Origin: Tubiluchus corallicola | Lineage: Eukaryota > Animalia > Priapulida | Length of the DNA stretch: 64,000 nucleotides | Assembly: GCA_030141605.1 (NCBI GenBank) | Contig: JAQGDQ010000494.1 | Coordinates: 1 to 64,000, forward strand | Reading direction: 5' to 3' | Position numbers and translations under genes: made by a program | In this document: positions 50,600 to 63,010 of the stretch, one piece after another | Layout of the letters: the number at the start of each line of letters is the position of its first letter | How positions within the stretch are numbered: the first letter of the stretch is position 1 | Notes under the pieces: model-generated | Told to the model about the DNA's origin: nothing | The model's database searches: none | The model's input: only the letters and a program-made list of their open reading frames with translations

Positions 50600-50880
50600 A
50601 GGATCAAAGACAAAACGCTTTGGTGATTTGGCGGCTTCTACATAAAATGGATTTTGTTTTAATATAAAAATATGCGCACCAGTAGCTACTACACTATAGT
50701 AATTTCGAATTTTTCGGAAAAAAAGCAACAGCCATCAATTCGCAGGCGTCAAGCACCTCCACGCTCTTGCAATTTGCGAACCAAAATGGGGCGCACCGTC
50801 TACAGGGTTCGAGATAGTGTCCAGTGTTCACGACTTGACTCCCAGAGTGTACATCGTACAAATCGTAAAATCAGGAAATG
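50600..50880 (-). promoter_or_regulatory. Candidate promoter or non-coding first exon region of the Tudor gene
   Basis: Local CpG enrichment with aaaatgg-type motifs; the coding exon starts with an acceptor at 48180, so an upstream exon is required. Confidence 0.3.
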
Positions 50881-51805
50881 CAGAAGAATGAAATTCAGTG
50901 AATTAAACAAACAATAATTAACGTGTTTCTATAATCAATAAATTACTTAAGCATTAAATTTTGTGCTTGTCTCAGTGGCAATTGGCTTGGAAATCATTAT
51001 GTAAGTAGGATATAATCACATATTTAGATGTCCACTCCCTGCAAATAAACCTGTCTGTATAAACACATTTTTTGCATTATAGGTAATTTCTAAAAAAATA
51101 ATAAGTGCCACATATATCCAAATATTGAAGCTTGACCATGCTGGAAATCATTTATTAATTTAGTTGATTTTTTATTTCGTTTCACAGGTGTTTATTATTA
51201 TTTTGAATTATAAAAAGTATGTATTCATGTAAAAAACGCAAAACATTTTAACAGCAGGCAAAACCTACTGAAACTTGGAAGTAAGAATTAGCTGTAATAT
51301 TTGTATTTTAATTCTGCAGCTTTGACAAAACAGCGTGACTTCCCAAAACACTGTATTAAACTTAAGAATTGGCAGCAAAAATATTTTTATATTAAATAAA
51401 ACTGATGGGCCCTTTAACATAAAAAACTTTTGTTGTTAACATAGTATGGTTGATTGTAATTTCGACAGCCGTTGTCTAATGTTTATATTGATGAACAAAT
51501 ACAATTCTTGCTCAAGAATTTAACTAACCAAAAGAGCATTCAGTCACAAAAGTGATAAAAATAACAAACAGTAGATTATAATATCACATGTTCTTTAATT
51601 GTTCAGCAAATTTTACATTACATGAAATAATTAAACACTATTTACAGCACCATTTCTTACTGTATAATTCAATGAATTTCACGCAAAGTTAGTTCACTCA
51701 AAACGTCTCCAGTAAAGCAAAGCTAAAGCTGGGCACCACACTGAATATTCTTATAATCATAATCTAAGAATAAATTCTATTAAGTTATATGATCAGTATG
51801 GCCAT

Positions 51806-52130
51806 TAGGGGTGAGCATTCTCTACTAGAAATCGAATTCAAATTGAGTTTGAAAGATTTTCAAACAAGTTTTTGAACCCTCAGTAAAAAGCCATTTTACA
51901 AAGATCATGCCCGGGCACTATTACTCGATTTTGTTCTGCAGTAAAACCACTAATGTAATTAGATTAAAAATTGTGCACAAAAATCGCTACTAAATTGTGC
52001 TAGTTGCGTGATGTTCAAAATTATTTTAATGATAAAAGAACGTATGCAGTTGAAGTGCTGAATTATTCGAATCTATAATTTTAGGTTTGAATCGAATTCG
52101 AATTAAAAAAACGTGCTCGAATCACCCCTA
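51806..52130. mobile_element. hAT-type MITE (sister of 29029-29881)
   Basis: taggggtga...tcacccta termini; TSD atggccat/gtggccat. Confidence 0.85.
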
Positions 52131-52178
52131 GTGGCCATGTCAAAAATTAAAAAGACACCACTGGCAGTGGGAGACATA

Positions 52179-52698
52179 CAGGGTGCAACATAAACTTTTG
52201 CTTTGTTACAAATAAGTACAGTACTAGAACAGAAAAATTTATTACAAAGTATCGTTCAAACAATCACGAATCTATCATGACCTCAAATTTAGTATGAAAG
52301 CCACCAGCAACTCGCACAGCCTGCGACCTTGAAGGGTATGATCAGAACAATGACCTTTGAACTCTGGAATTATTTTGTTGCTGAAAAAACTGAATGACTC
52401 TACGGACCTCAACTTCGGTGTCAACCTGGAGCTATCCCGAAAGACAAGTACTCGCTTAGATGATATCCAAGGACATGTCATTGACAAGTATTCCACAGAC
52501 AAGCTTGTGAGACATCTACAAGACATGTCACAATATCTTAAGTTCTGCGAGTTGCTGCTCCAATCATACACCCCATGAGACACCAAATGTCCCACACTAA
52601 ATTTTGAGGGTATGACATTTTTTGTAATTGTGTCAACAATATTTTGATGAAATAAGTTGCGTCAGTACCTCCCTGTCAAAAGCTTATGTACCTCCCTG
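52179..52698. mobile_element. Tc1/mariner-type MITE
   Basis: ta-cagggtgcaacataaacttttg ... caaaagcttatgtacctccctg-ta imperfect TIRs. Confidence 0.65.
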
Positions 52699-53224
52699 TA
52701 CAGACATCAGTCATATAACTATAGTTGTGATTTACTGGCATACAATGAAGTATGCTAGCACTTTCCATCATTTAGGATTAGTGCTTTGGCCTCAATAAGC
52801 AATAGGATTTACTATGTGGCACCCACAAGCATCTATATTGAACAAATGCAACTGAAAATTCAAAACTGCGCGACTTAACAATAAGTCATAATCAAGGTGT
52901 TGTATTGCAAATAAGCACAACATGTGATGAGTTTTCAAGGAGGAAGCCAGAAACAATATCGTATCTTACAGTGACTGTATCTTACAATCCACTTCATCTG
53001 GCATAAATCAAGTGGAGAAACTTAATTAATACTGTCCATTAATGATGCTAGTGAAAAACTGTTTTATTCTACATGCGGCTGGACAAAAATTCAAGTTAAC
53101 ATGAAAGCCCGTCCACCTGACGAAATCCAGAGTACTAAATGCTGAAGTTGTGGTATCTTAGCGGGAAATAGGATGAGGACCATGTCTCTGGCATAAGTGG
53201 CTTTTAAGTTTGTAAAGCTATAAC

Positions 53225-54305
53225 TTATGCCTGACATACGTACTGGACTGTGCCATCTTCCTGAATCACTTCATGAACGAACTGCACAATCTGATGTTCA
53301 CTGTTAACAAAAGAACTTATGCCTGACATACGTAGTGGACTGCGCCATCTTCCTGAATCACTTCATGAACGAACTGCACAATCTGATGTTCACTGTTAAC
53401 AAAAGAACTTATGCCTGACATACGTAGTGGACTGCACCATCTTCCTGAATCACTTCATGAACGAACTGCACAATCTGATGTTCACTGTTAACAAAAGAAC
53501 TTATGCCTGACATACGTAGTGGACTGCGCCATCTTCCTGAATCACTTCATGAACGAACTGCACAATCTGATGTTCACTGTTAACAAAAGAACTTATGCCT
53601 GACATACGTAGTGGACTGTGCCATCTTCCTGAATCACTTCATGAATGAACTGTGAAATTTGATGTTCATTGCTAACAAAGAACTTATGCCTGGCTTAGGT
53701 ACTGGGCTGTGCCATCTTCCTGAATCACTTCATGAACGAACTGCACAATCTGATGTTCACTGTTAACAAAAGAACTTATGCCTGACATACGTAGTGGACT
53801 GCACCATCTTCCTGAATCACTTCATGAATGAACTGTGAAATTTGATGTTCATTGCTAACAAAGAACTTATGCCTGGCTTAGGTACTGGGCTGTGCCATCT
53901 TCCTGAATCACTTCATGAACGAACTGCACAATCTGATGTTCACTGTTAACAAAAGAACTTATGCCTGACATACGTAGTGGACTGCGCCATCTTCCTGAAT
54001 CACTTCATGAATGAACTGTGAAATTTGATGTTCATTGCTAACAAAGAACTTATGCCTGGCTTAGGTACTGGGCTGTGCCATCTTCCTGAATTACTTCATG
54101 AATGAACTGCACAATCTGATGTTCACTGTTAACAAAAGAACTTATGCCTGACATACGTAGTGGACTGCGCCATCTTCCTGAATCACTTCATGAACGAACT
54201 GCACAATCTGATGTTCACTGTTAACAAAAGAACTTATGCCTGACATACGTAGTGGACTGCGCCATCTTCCTGAATCACTTCATGAATGAACTGTGAAATT
54301 TGATG
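53225..54305 (-). repeat. 91-92-bp minisatellite, 12 copies, unit = last ~23 codons + stop of the zinc-finger gene + ~20 nt
   Basis: Unit encodes HQ(I)xQFxHEVIQEDGAVHYVCQA*; ttatgcc recurs from 53225 to 54234. Confidence 0.96.
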
Positions 54306-55028
54306 TTTACTACTAACAACATCATTATCATTTTCTGCAACAACATGATCGCTGTCGTTCACCTCTGAGCTATCAATGCTATAACTGTTTACAGCATCGG
54401 TCAGCACCGTGGTGCCGTCGTCAGTCAACACTGCGGTACCGTCCGTAACATAAGAAATAAGATTTGAAACATTGAGACTAGATATGTCAACATGAACGTG
54501 ATCCTTATCTGCCCTAGTCCGGTTAATGTCCGGCTCTTGAAGCTGAACAATATCTCCGTTACTCGTCTGCACAAGATGTATGTGGTCATTTCCGATGACC
54601 TGCGCACTGTTCACAAAATGAATTAAATTTCCCTCGCCGTCCGTAACGACAACACTCTGATCGCTGTCCGCATTCGAGACGTCGATCGACGGCTCGCTCG
54701 GGTCCATGGTGGCATCCTGTTGCACATTTTCATGCTTTACATTTTCCACCTCCGCAGCATCCAGTCCGGAAGTTTCTGCCACCTCGCTTGATATCTCAGC
54801 GGGAAACTGCACTAGAGAAAGTGCTTCTGCTTGCTCTGGCGTCAGCTCCGTCCAGTGTTCACGCGAGGCGTCTTGCAATGTCAAAGTGCCATCAGGTGAC
54901 TGTAAAACGTACTGCACGCCATTTTCACTATTAGTTACCGCGATGGTTTGTTCTTTATCAATGTCGTTTACTGAATGCACCTCTTCAGGTGGTGTCTGTT
55001 CCTTGTAGTGCAATGCGGCCGTGTTGTT
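54234..55028 (-). CDS. Zinc-finger protein last exon (NNTAALHYKEQ...VHYVCQA*), acidic, Q/V-rich
   Basis: tattttag acceptor in phase 0; 265 codons to TAA. Confidence 0.88.
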   Translation of the reverse strand, partial: NNTAALHYKEQTPPEEVHSVNDIDKEQTIAVTNSENGVQYVLQSPDGTLTLQDASREHWTELTPEQAEALSLVQFPAEISSEVAETSGLDAAEVENVKHENVQQDATMDPSEPSIDVSNADSDQSVVVTDGEGNLIHFVNSAQVIGNDHIHLVQTSNGDIVQLQEPDINRTRADKDHVHVDISSLNVSNLISYVTDGTAVLTDDGTTVLTDAVNSYSIDSSEVNDSDHVVAENDNDVVSSKHQISQFIHEVIQEDGAVHYVCQA

Positions 55029-55764
55029 CTAAAATAAAAGCAACATTATTTGATTCAACAGCAAAACTTAAAGAAAGCATGTTATGTTAAAGCATTTTTT
55101 CTTACTTCAGTAGAAGTCTAAATGTGGTCTATACGTAACATTAAATGCAATCATTTGCTAAATTATGATTTTCAACTTTCTTGCTTCTAGATAAACAGTT
55201 TAAAAATGATGTTAGTTAGAAGAACGTGAAAGTATACTGTGTTTACGACTCTATGTAAACTGTATACTGTTTACGACTCTATGCATTTTAACAAACTGCT
55301 GAAAATAGTAATGAAGACAAGTAAGAAACATCTTGATTTTTCCATTCACATCTGACAGCAAGTAGAGCAATTATGGGTTTCATCATTGCACTCGATTAGC
55401 TTGCAGGACACTGAAATATTTCACTTTTTACACAATATTCATTGATTTTGTTACTTGCAGGTAAAGGCAGCTGCTGGATCTATTAAGACGGATTCTTAAG
55501 GTTTGTAGTGATCACATTTCAGTTTTCTAGTGGTCACATTTTAGTACCAAGATCATTTTGGGCTTTGTGCACTTTGGGTAAATTTATCAACTACTTTGTG
55601 CTATTTCATACAGCAAATGAAACATTTCTCATGCTAAACTGGCAGACTTTTCTCAAACAGATTATCTGAATATTTTAACAAAAACAGCCAACATCTTCAA
55701 ATAATTGAAGAAATGTGCTATTTATGCAAACACTGAGCATTGCTTGTACAATTTCACTGCTTAA

Positions 55765-56030
55765 TTGGAACAATAGGTTGCCATGGTGTTTGTAACAAGT
55801 AGCAAACCATCTGCATTGTTTTGATGCAGCGTTTAACAACACAGTGTAGACATTGGAACAATAAGTTGCTATGGTGTCCGTAACAAGCAGCAAGCCATCT
55901 CCATTGTTCTGATGCAGCGTTTAATAACACGGTGTAGACATTGGAACAATAAGTTGCCATGGTGTTCGTAAAAAGCAACAAGCCCTCTGCATTGTTCTGA
56001 TGCAGCATTTAACAACACAGTGTAGACGGA
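55765..56030. repeat. ~85-bp tandem repeat, 3 copies
   Basis: ttggaacaataagttgccatggtgt...gatgcagcgtttaacaacacagtgtagac repeated. Confidence 0.85.
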
Positions 56031-56958
56031 CAAATGAGCATTGGTAAAGTTGGCGTTGCCATGGAGACCGAATGGTTTTTTTATCTGCCATCTAGAGGAA
56101 AGCGAAAAGTGTGGAAATTGGGTAATTGCACTATTTGTAGATCTACGTAAGTCATACAGATGCTATACGAGGCCAAAACAGCTTGCTATGCAGTTTACAG
56201 AGCTCTACGCTAATAGGTAACAAATGATTTCTTAAAACAAAAAAGCTTGTTGAGAGCAGTTTTAATCAGCGTCATAGATGGAGCACGTGGCACCCGAGGC
56301 GGCACTCGAGTTTCACATCCTCTTCACCTCCAAAAAAAAATCTTTACACAGGAAAATTTTGGATATGTAGACTATAACAGTGTGCGGTCGCAGTTGTGAA
56401 AAGTTGCAAAGGGAAATTTATAATACCATAAAGTACAAAAGAAAAAAACTGTTTGTGAACAACTAAATAACTTCAAAAGCAGGAAAGAGCATGCTTATAA
56501 ATGCATTGCACAGTTAACGAAAAACGCCTACTGCACTTTGAAAACAACAGCAAACTATGTCGCAAATATTACAACAATATTAAATCACTAATTATCATTT
56601 TCCTTTGTCGCTATCGGTTGGAGCATTTTCATGGAAAGATAAATTGTCCCATCTTTTGCCTTTCTACTGTTCAAAAGAAGAAACTTTTTCGATGGACTTG
56701 AAACGAAGTGCAACCTTCTGAAGTGCAGTCCTGGACAGTATGCACCCTATGCACTCCTTAGCTACATCACAAGTTATAATTGAGTGCTGCACCAAGCTAA
56801 TAAATAAAGCCATAACAAATTTGCCAGAACCAACAACTTCAATTTCAGATACACAATGCCCAAAGAATACTTTGGTGAAAGAAGAATCATTCAGACGCAA
56901 CTGTGTGAGATCATTCACATGTAACTCTATGAAAGCTTACACGTAAAACCGTACTTAC

Positions 56959-57026
56959 TTCATTTTCTAATTCTTGCATAACGAGTGTTTTCGCAACCGG
57001 TACAACGTACGTCTTTTGTCCGCTTC
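56959..57026 (-). CDS. Zinc-finger protein exon (SGQKTYVVPVAKTLVMQELENE)
   Basis: tctctag acceptor and gaa|gtaagt donor; phase 1 fits the preceding exon, and phase 0 hits a stop. Confidence 0.82.
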
Positions 57027-58007
57027 CTAGAGAAACCAAACATGAATTAGCTTAAATATGTGCAGGGGAAATACCCCCGGAGCCCCCAGACAAAGTGATC
57101 CATAATTATCTGCCTAGGTTAGAAACAAAATGGCTAAAAGAATGTCAAAAACATTACCGATTTTGCTTGATTGATTCACATTGTGCCGTCCTTTCTAAGT
57201 CAAGCAATCAGTTATTTCCACTCGCTCATTATAAAGTCGTCTATTTTAATTAGTAATTTTGCATGTAAAAGTAACAGCATGGCAGGAACCTGGCTTGAAT
57301 CATGATGAGTTCCTGTACTGACGAAACTCCTTATCAATTTAGAGATCAAAAGTCTTCCAGACATTAGAAGTAACAATTAATGTTTGAATTCATCTGTTCA
57401 TAGTGTAAGATCATTATCATCGTTAAAAATGTACCCATTTCTGATATCCCCTTTGCTAATCGCGTTCATTTCCACTAAACAACTCCCAGTTTTCCACTCA
57501 ACCTAACGGTTTTTCACTGCACACAACATTGTTAACAAACAACTTACAAACAGTAACTCCTAGCTTAACATTCCTGCACAATGAAAAATAGCTTGCCATT
57601 ACTGGGTGTAGCTCTTACGGTAATTTTCTTGAGAAGCATAACACTTAGTGGATGTGCACAAAAATCATGGATTTCTAGTCATAAGTCAGTTATTTCACAT
57701 TACACATTTGCAATAGTTTCGTGTATAATATATAGTGAAAGGGCCTACAATGAACATAATACAAATAAGCTTTCTATTGTTTCTGCACAAGAAAAGCCTC
57801 ACACACTGTTCACCTATATACAAATATAAATGTGTTGCGGGCAATCAAAAAGCAGGGCTTGTTAGATTGTCCCACACAGTGAAAGAAAAAAGTAATAGAA
57901 ATCTGCGTCGTAAATCTGTATGTGTTCCAAAGTTCTTCGGAACTACATGAATAATAAACTACCACTCACAGAGAACTCTCGAGAGAAAACTCCCTCCGTA
58001 ACATTAC

Positions 58008-58180
58008 CTTCGGAACGCTTCACCATTTTCATGTTCTTCAAGTCTCCCATGGTCAGCGGCACGATAGTCGCACTGTCCTCGGAGGACGCTTCAATCTTGA
58101 CGAGCATGGGCTTCTCTGCTGTCTTCAGCAGGGCGATGGTTGGAGTCACGCCGCCCTCATCTTTGGAATTGGTTTCTAGA
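58008..58180 (-). CDS. Zinc-finger protein exon (LETNSKDEGGVTPTIALLKTAEKPMLVKIE...VKRSE)
   Basis: ttggcag acceptor (phase 2) and g|gtaatg donor (phase 1). Confidence 0.8.
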
Positions 58181-58256
58181 CTGCCAAATGAAAGAGACGG
58201 GGAGATCAAAAGTCTGTGGAGAAACCTTACTGTAAGATTTAAAATTTGTTTGCTGT

Positions 58257-59868
58257 GATAATAGAAAATTCATTACTACAATGATGTCTATAAGACATGT
58301 CTTAAATGTAAAACATCCCAGTAATAGAAAATTCATTACTAGAATGATGTCTATAAGACATGTCTTAAATGTAAAACATCCCAGTAATAGAGAATTCATT
58401 ACTAGAATGATGTCTATAAGACATGTCTTAAATGTGAAACATCCCAGTAATAGAAAATTCATTACTAGAATGATGTCTATAAGACATGTCTTAAATGTAA
58501 AACATCCCAGTAATAGAAAGTTCATTACTAGAATGATGCCTATAAGACATGTCTTAAATGTAAAACATCCCAGTAATAGAACGTTCATTACTAGAATGAT
58601 GTCTATAAGACATGTCTTAAGTGTAAAACATCCCAGTAATAGAAAATTCATTACTAGAATGATGTCTATAAGACATGTCTTAAATGTAAAACATCCCTGT
58701 AATAGAAAATTCATTACTAGAATGATGTCTATAAGACATGTCTTAAATGTAAAACATCCCAGTAATAGAAAGTTCATTACTAGAATGATGTCTATAAGAC
58801 ATGTCTTAAATGTAAAACATCCCAGTAATAGAAAATTCATTACTAGAATGATGTCTATAAGACATGTCTTAAATGTAAAACATCCCTGTAATAGAAAATT
58901 CGTTACTAGAATGATGTCTATAAGACATGTCTTAATTGTAAAACATCCCACTAATAGAAAATTCATTACTAGAATGATGTCTATAAGACATGTCTTAAAT
59001 GTAAAACATCCCACTAATAGAAAATTCATTACTAGAATGATGTCTATAAGACATGTCTTAAATGTAAAACATCCCACTAATAGAAAATTCATTACTAGAA
59101 TGATGTCTATAAGACATGTCTTAAATGTAAAACATCCCAGTAATAGAAAATTCATTACTAGAATGATGTCTATAAGACATGTCTTAAATGTAAAACATTC
59201 CCGTAATAGAAAATTCATTACTAGAAAGATGTCTATAAGACATGTCTTAAATGTAAAACATCCCAGTAATAGAAAATTCATTACTAGAATGATGTCTATA
59301 AGACATGTCTTAAATGTAAAACATCCCAGTAATACAAAGTTCATTACTAGAATGATGTCTATAAGACATGTCTTAAATGTAAAACATCCCAGTAATACAA
59401 AGTTCATTACTAGAATGATGTCTATAAGACATGTCTTAAATGTAAAACATCCCAGTAATAGAAAGTTCATTACTAGAATGATGACTATAAGACATGTCTT
59501 AAATGTAAAACGTTCCAGTAATAGAAAGTTCATTACTAGAATGATGTCTGTAAGACATGTCTTAAATGTGAAACATCCCACTAATAGAAATCTCATTACT
59601 AGAATGATGTCTATAAGACATGTCTTAAATGTAAAACATCCCACTAATAGAAAGTTCATTACTAGAATGATGTCTATAAGACATGTCTTAAATGTGAAAC
59701 ATCCCAGTAATAGAAAATTCATTACTAGAATGATGTCTATAAGACATGTCTTAAATGTGAAACATCCCACTAATAGAAAGTTCATTACTAGAATGATGTC
59801 TATAAGACATGTCTTAAATGTGAAACATTCCCGTAATAGAGAATTCATTACTAGAATGATGCCTATAT
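58257..59868. repeat. 63-bp minisatellite, ~25.5 copies, filling almost the whole intron
   Basis: atagaaaattcattactagaatgatgtctataagacatgtcttaaatgtaaaacatcccagta at an exact 63-bp period. Confidence 0.97.
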
Positions 59869-59923
59869 GACCGTTTCAACATGTTTTGGAAGTAAGGTTT
59901 GTTCAATCCTGTTGCATGCTTAC

Positions 59924-59973
59924 CAATCACTTACTACTTGACTATTGGTGGTACTGAGTTCACCTTGCTGAAC
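59924..59973 (-). CDS. Zinc-finger protein small exon (VQQGELSTTNSQVVSD)
   Basis: tttttatag acceptor; tg|gtaagc donor gives the phase 2 needed (a competing gtaagt donor at 59935 gives phase 0). Confidence 0.72.
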
Positions 59974-61191
59974 CTATAAAAACAAAAAGACAAAAAACAG
60001 ATTCCCTGAATGTAAAATTAGTTTGAAAACGTGAAAGACAGACAACGCTAGTTTTTCGAATTTCAAACTATCAATGAAAGAGCAAACATCTTTCCTGAAC
60101 CAGACAACAATCCCCTGGAACACAGGTGGGAAACGTGAGATATTTTACTAAGTAGAAAAAATGCCTTGCAGAATGTTTACTTAAACATATGAAATGAAAT
60201 ATGCTAGCTAGTGGCGGAAAAAAGTGCAGAACTCTTGATCACAATGTTATAAGAAAATAATCGAATAAGCCTTTTCACAGTTTCGTTCTGTGCATGTGCA
60301 GTTGCTGTAGGTAAATGTACCACAGTGATGCGTCTTAACCACAATCATCAAGTGACATGTGGGCAAAACAAAGCCGACTGCTGCATCAGTTGAGTACCTT
60401 CAGTTGTTTTATGTCGACTTTACGTATTTATACATTAGTCTGTACGTAGAGTGGTTTACTGGCAAGATCTTGCTTGGAAACAATAAAAAATGAACTAAGC
60501 AAGGTTGTAGTTTGCTGTTAAAACTGTTACTATTACAGTAGCTTGGGCTGCGAGGAACTGTCAAGTGTACACAAATGTGGTGTCTAGTACACAACATTTG
60601 AACTTTTCACGATCTTCATCAATCACTGGAACTGTGAAAAGGTTTATTGCTTGAAAATTATGATTTTGGTGTTACAGACGTTTATTTACAAATGCTAAAA
60701 ATATAAATAGCATTACGAATCTAAATTACATCTGGAACTTTAGTTCTCCTCAATCTGGCATTCATGACCATATGACCTTTAATAATTTCAGCATTGTGAC
60801 CAGAGCTACAAATAACTGGGACTCATTAATGAAAGCAAGTTTATCTATGTACCCTAATAAGCCTTCTCTTAATGTACAAAGCAGTTCAATTCCATTAACT
60901 TTTTTTTCTAACTATCTAACCAATTATTTTCAAACATCTAACTATAGTTTTTAGTGGATAGCTTCTTCCTCAGCTGTTTTACTGTATGCTACCTTTAGAT
61001 TCTATGTGAAAAAATAATCAGTCAGTTTGTATAAGCTGACAGGAAAAAATTTGGAGCGATTATATTTGGAGTCAGATTTTGTATTATGTTATAACCAACT
61101 AATGTAAATATTCTTGTAAATTATTACTAACAAAATTGATGAATTGCATTGTTATAATATGTGTAAGTAAAATCTTATATATATATATAAT

Positions 61192-61227
<36 letters not shown>

Positions 61228-61322
61228 TGCAGCTACACATGCATGTGGTTCTAAAAACAGAGAATATGAGACATGAAACACTGTCATGAGTTTTTTAACA
61301 CATTATTTTAGTTTATACTCAC

Positions 61323-63010
61323 CAGCTGGTCACCTGGATTGGCCAAACTAGAGTTTCCCTTTCTCAGAGCAATGCCGTGGAGAGGATGCGTGCCACGTTT
61401 CATCCTACTGCCGTGCAAGCCCGCGAACACTTTGCTACCGTGAACGTAATTCTCGTGATATCGTAGCGACGTCCGGTTCGCAAAGTCCTGCCCGCATATC
61501 TTACACTGAATCGGAACGCGGCTGTGCGACTTCTGCACGTGGCACACCAGGTTAGACTTTTGATTGAATCCCTTTGAGCAGTGCGGGCAAGCGTACGGGC
61601 GCTCGCCCGTGTGAACGTAAATGTGGTTCTGGAGGTTGGCCTTCAAGTGGAACCCCTTCCCGCAGATTGGGCAAAGATGGCTCTTCACGTCCGTGTGCGT
61701 CTTCCGGTGGGCTAAGAGCGTGGACCGACGGTTGAACGCCATCGGACATTCATTGCAGGCAAAAGGCCGTAAGGTAGAATGAGTAGCCTTGTGCCGGCTT
61801 AGCGTACTGCTTTGTCGGAACGCTTTCCCGCATTGGGAACAAGAATACGGTCTATCCCCGGTGTGAATGACAGTGTGTCTGAACAATAACGCACGAGAGG
61901 GGAATTCTCTCTGACACTGAATGCACACGAAGATTTTACTGCCGTCCACCTTGTTCTGAACGACCATTTCGAACTCGGCACCGCGCTCTTTGAGTGAATG
62001 ACGGGGTCTCGATGGGGCTGGGATAACACCTGAAGTGTCTACCTGAACGACATTTTCTATTTGTTGCGGTATTTCTAACTGGCTACCATTAATTATCGCA
62101 GAATCGTTTATTATCTGCGTCTCTACACCATCGATAATGTGAATTTGTCCGCTTTCCAAAGACGCGAGATTGTTAGACACGGTCATCGCTTCCGCAATTT
62201 GCAAGAGCTCCGCGTCTCCAGTTACCTCCGTGATCTGGGTAATCTCCCATTGCTGTGCGGCATCGTCCACAGCATCAGGCTTCAATCCATTGGTAGAAGA
62301 ATGTCCGCCAAGAATTTGCTCGCCGACTAGAGCTTCTGTATCGGGGGAATGACGTGAATTGCCACCACTGTGCCCAAGCTGTTTACCGACACTGTGCTCC
62401 AACTTTGACAACTCAATTTGTCCCTCCATTACATCGTCGGTCAACACAACGATGTGAGTTTCCTTCTGCTCTTGTGGTGGCAGCTCCAGATGAACTTGTC
62501 CTTCCTTCTTTTCTTGTTCTTCTTTGTTGTACTCCAGCTGGGCAGACGTGTGCGACATGTCGCTTTGTAAATCCTCAACAGGCAGCTCTACAAGCATACA
62601 TTCTGTCAGTTCGTCCTTTTCTGAAACCAACGCAGAACCGGCATCGACACTGTTACTGCTCCAGCTGGTGGAAAAGTCTTCCGCGGCATTGAAAACCAAG
62701 TTCACCGAATCGGCGATACAAACTTGTTGAACATCCTCCGATGACAGCGAGTCGCTGTCCGGCTTTGGAGAAAGAGAAGTCAAATATCGTGGTTTGTGTG
62801 CGGCATGCTTAGGCGGCCGACCTCTTCTTGCTGGGACGTTGCCAACAGCAGGAGAAGGTAGCACTATGGTTTTGCCCGACTTTGATCTCGTACGTGGTAG
62901 CTCGACCTCGGCCACCTTGTATCGGGTAACCTTTGTGGGTGACATCTCCTGAGCTTGGGGTATACTGATCACATTCAACATTGCTTTATCCATTTGTGCC
63001 ACAAAGGTCC
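61323..63010 (-). CDS. Zinc-finger protein main exon: AT-hook (RRGRPPK), acidic region, six C2H2 fingers
   Basis: ORF 61308-63116; attgcag acceptor, possible ATG at 62993, ctg|gtgagt donor; HTGDRPY/HTGERPY linkers. Confidence 0.93.

Larger units (their letters stand above)
54234..63010 (-). other. C2H2 zinc-finger gene with a Fez-like six-finger array and AT-hook (exons 61323-63010, 59924-59973, 58008-58180, 56959-57026, 54234-55028)
   Basis: Phase-consistent exon chain; the 5' end may extend beyond the window. Confidence 0.85.

Noticed and set aside
58181-58255. Upstream acceptors for the zinc-finger exon (ccacag, tcacag)
   Set aside because: With either donor of the preceding exon they produce premature stops; the acceptor at 58181 keeps the frame.
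58157-59870. 563-aa (-) and 529-aa (+) ORFs as protein genes
   Set aside because: They are translations of a stop-free 63-bp repeat inside an intron; the flanking exons join in phase without them.
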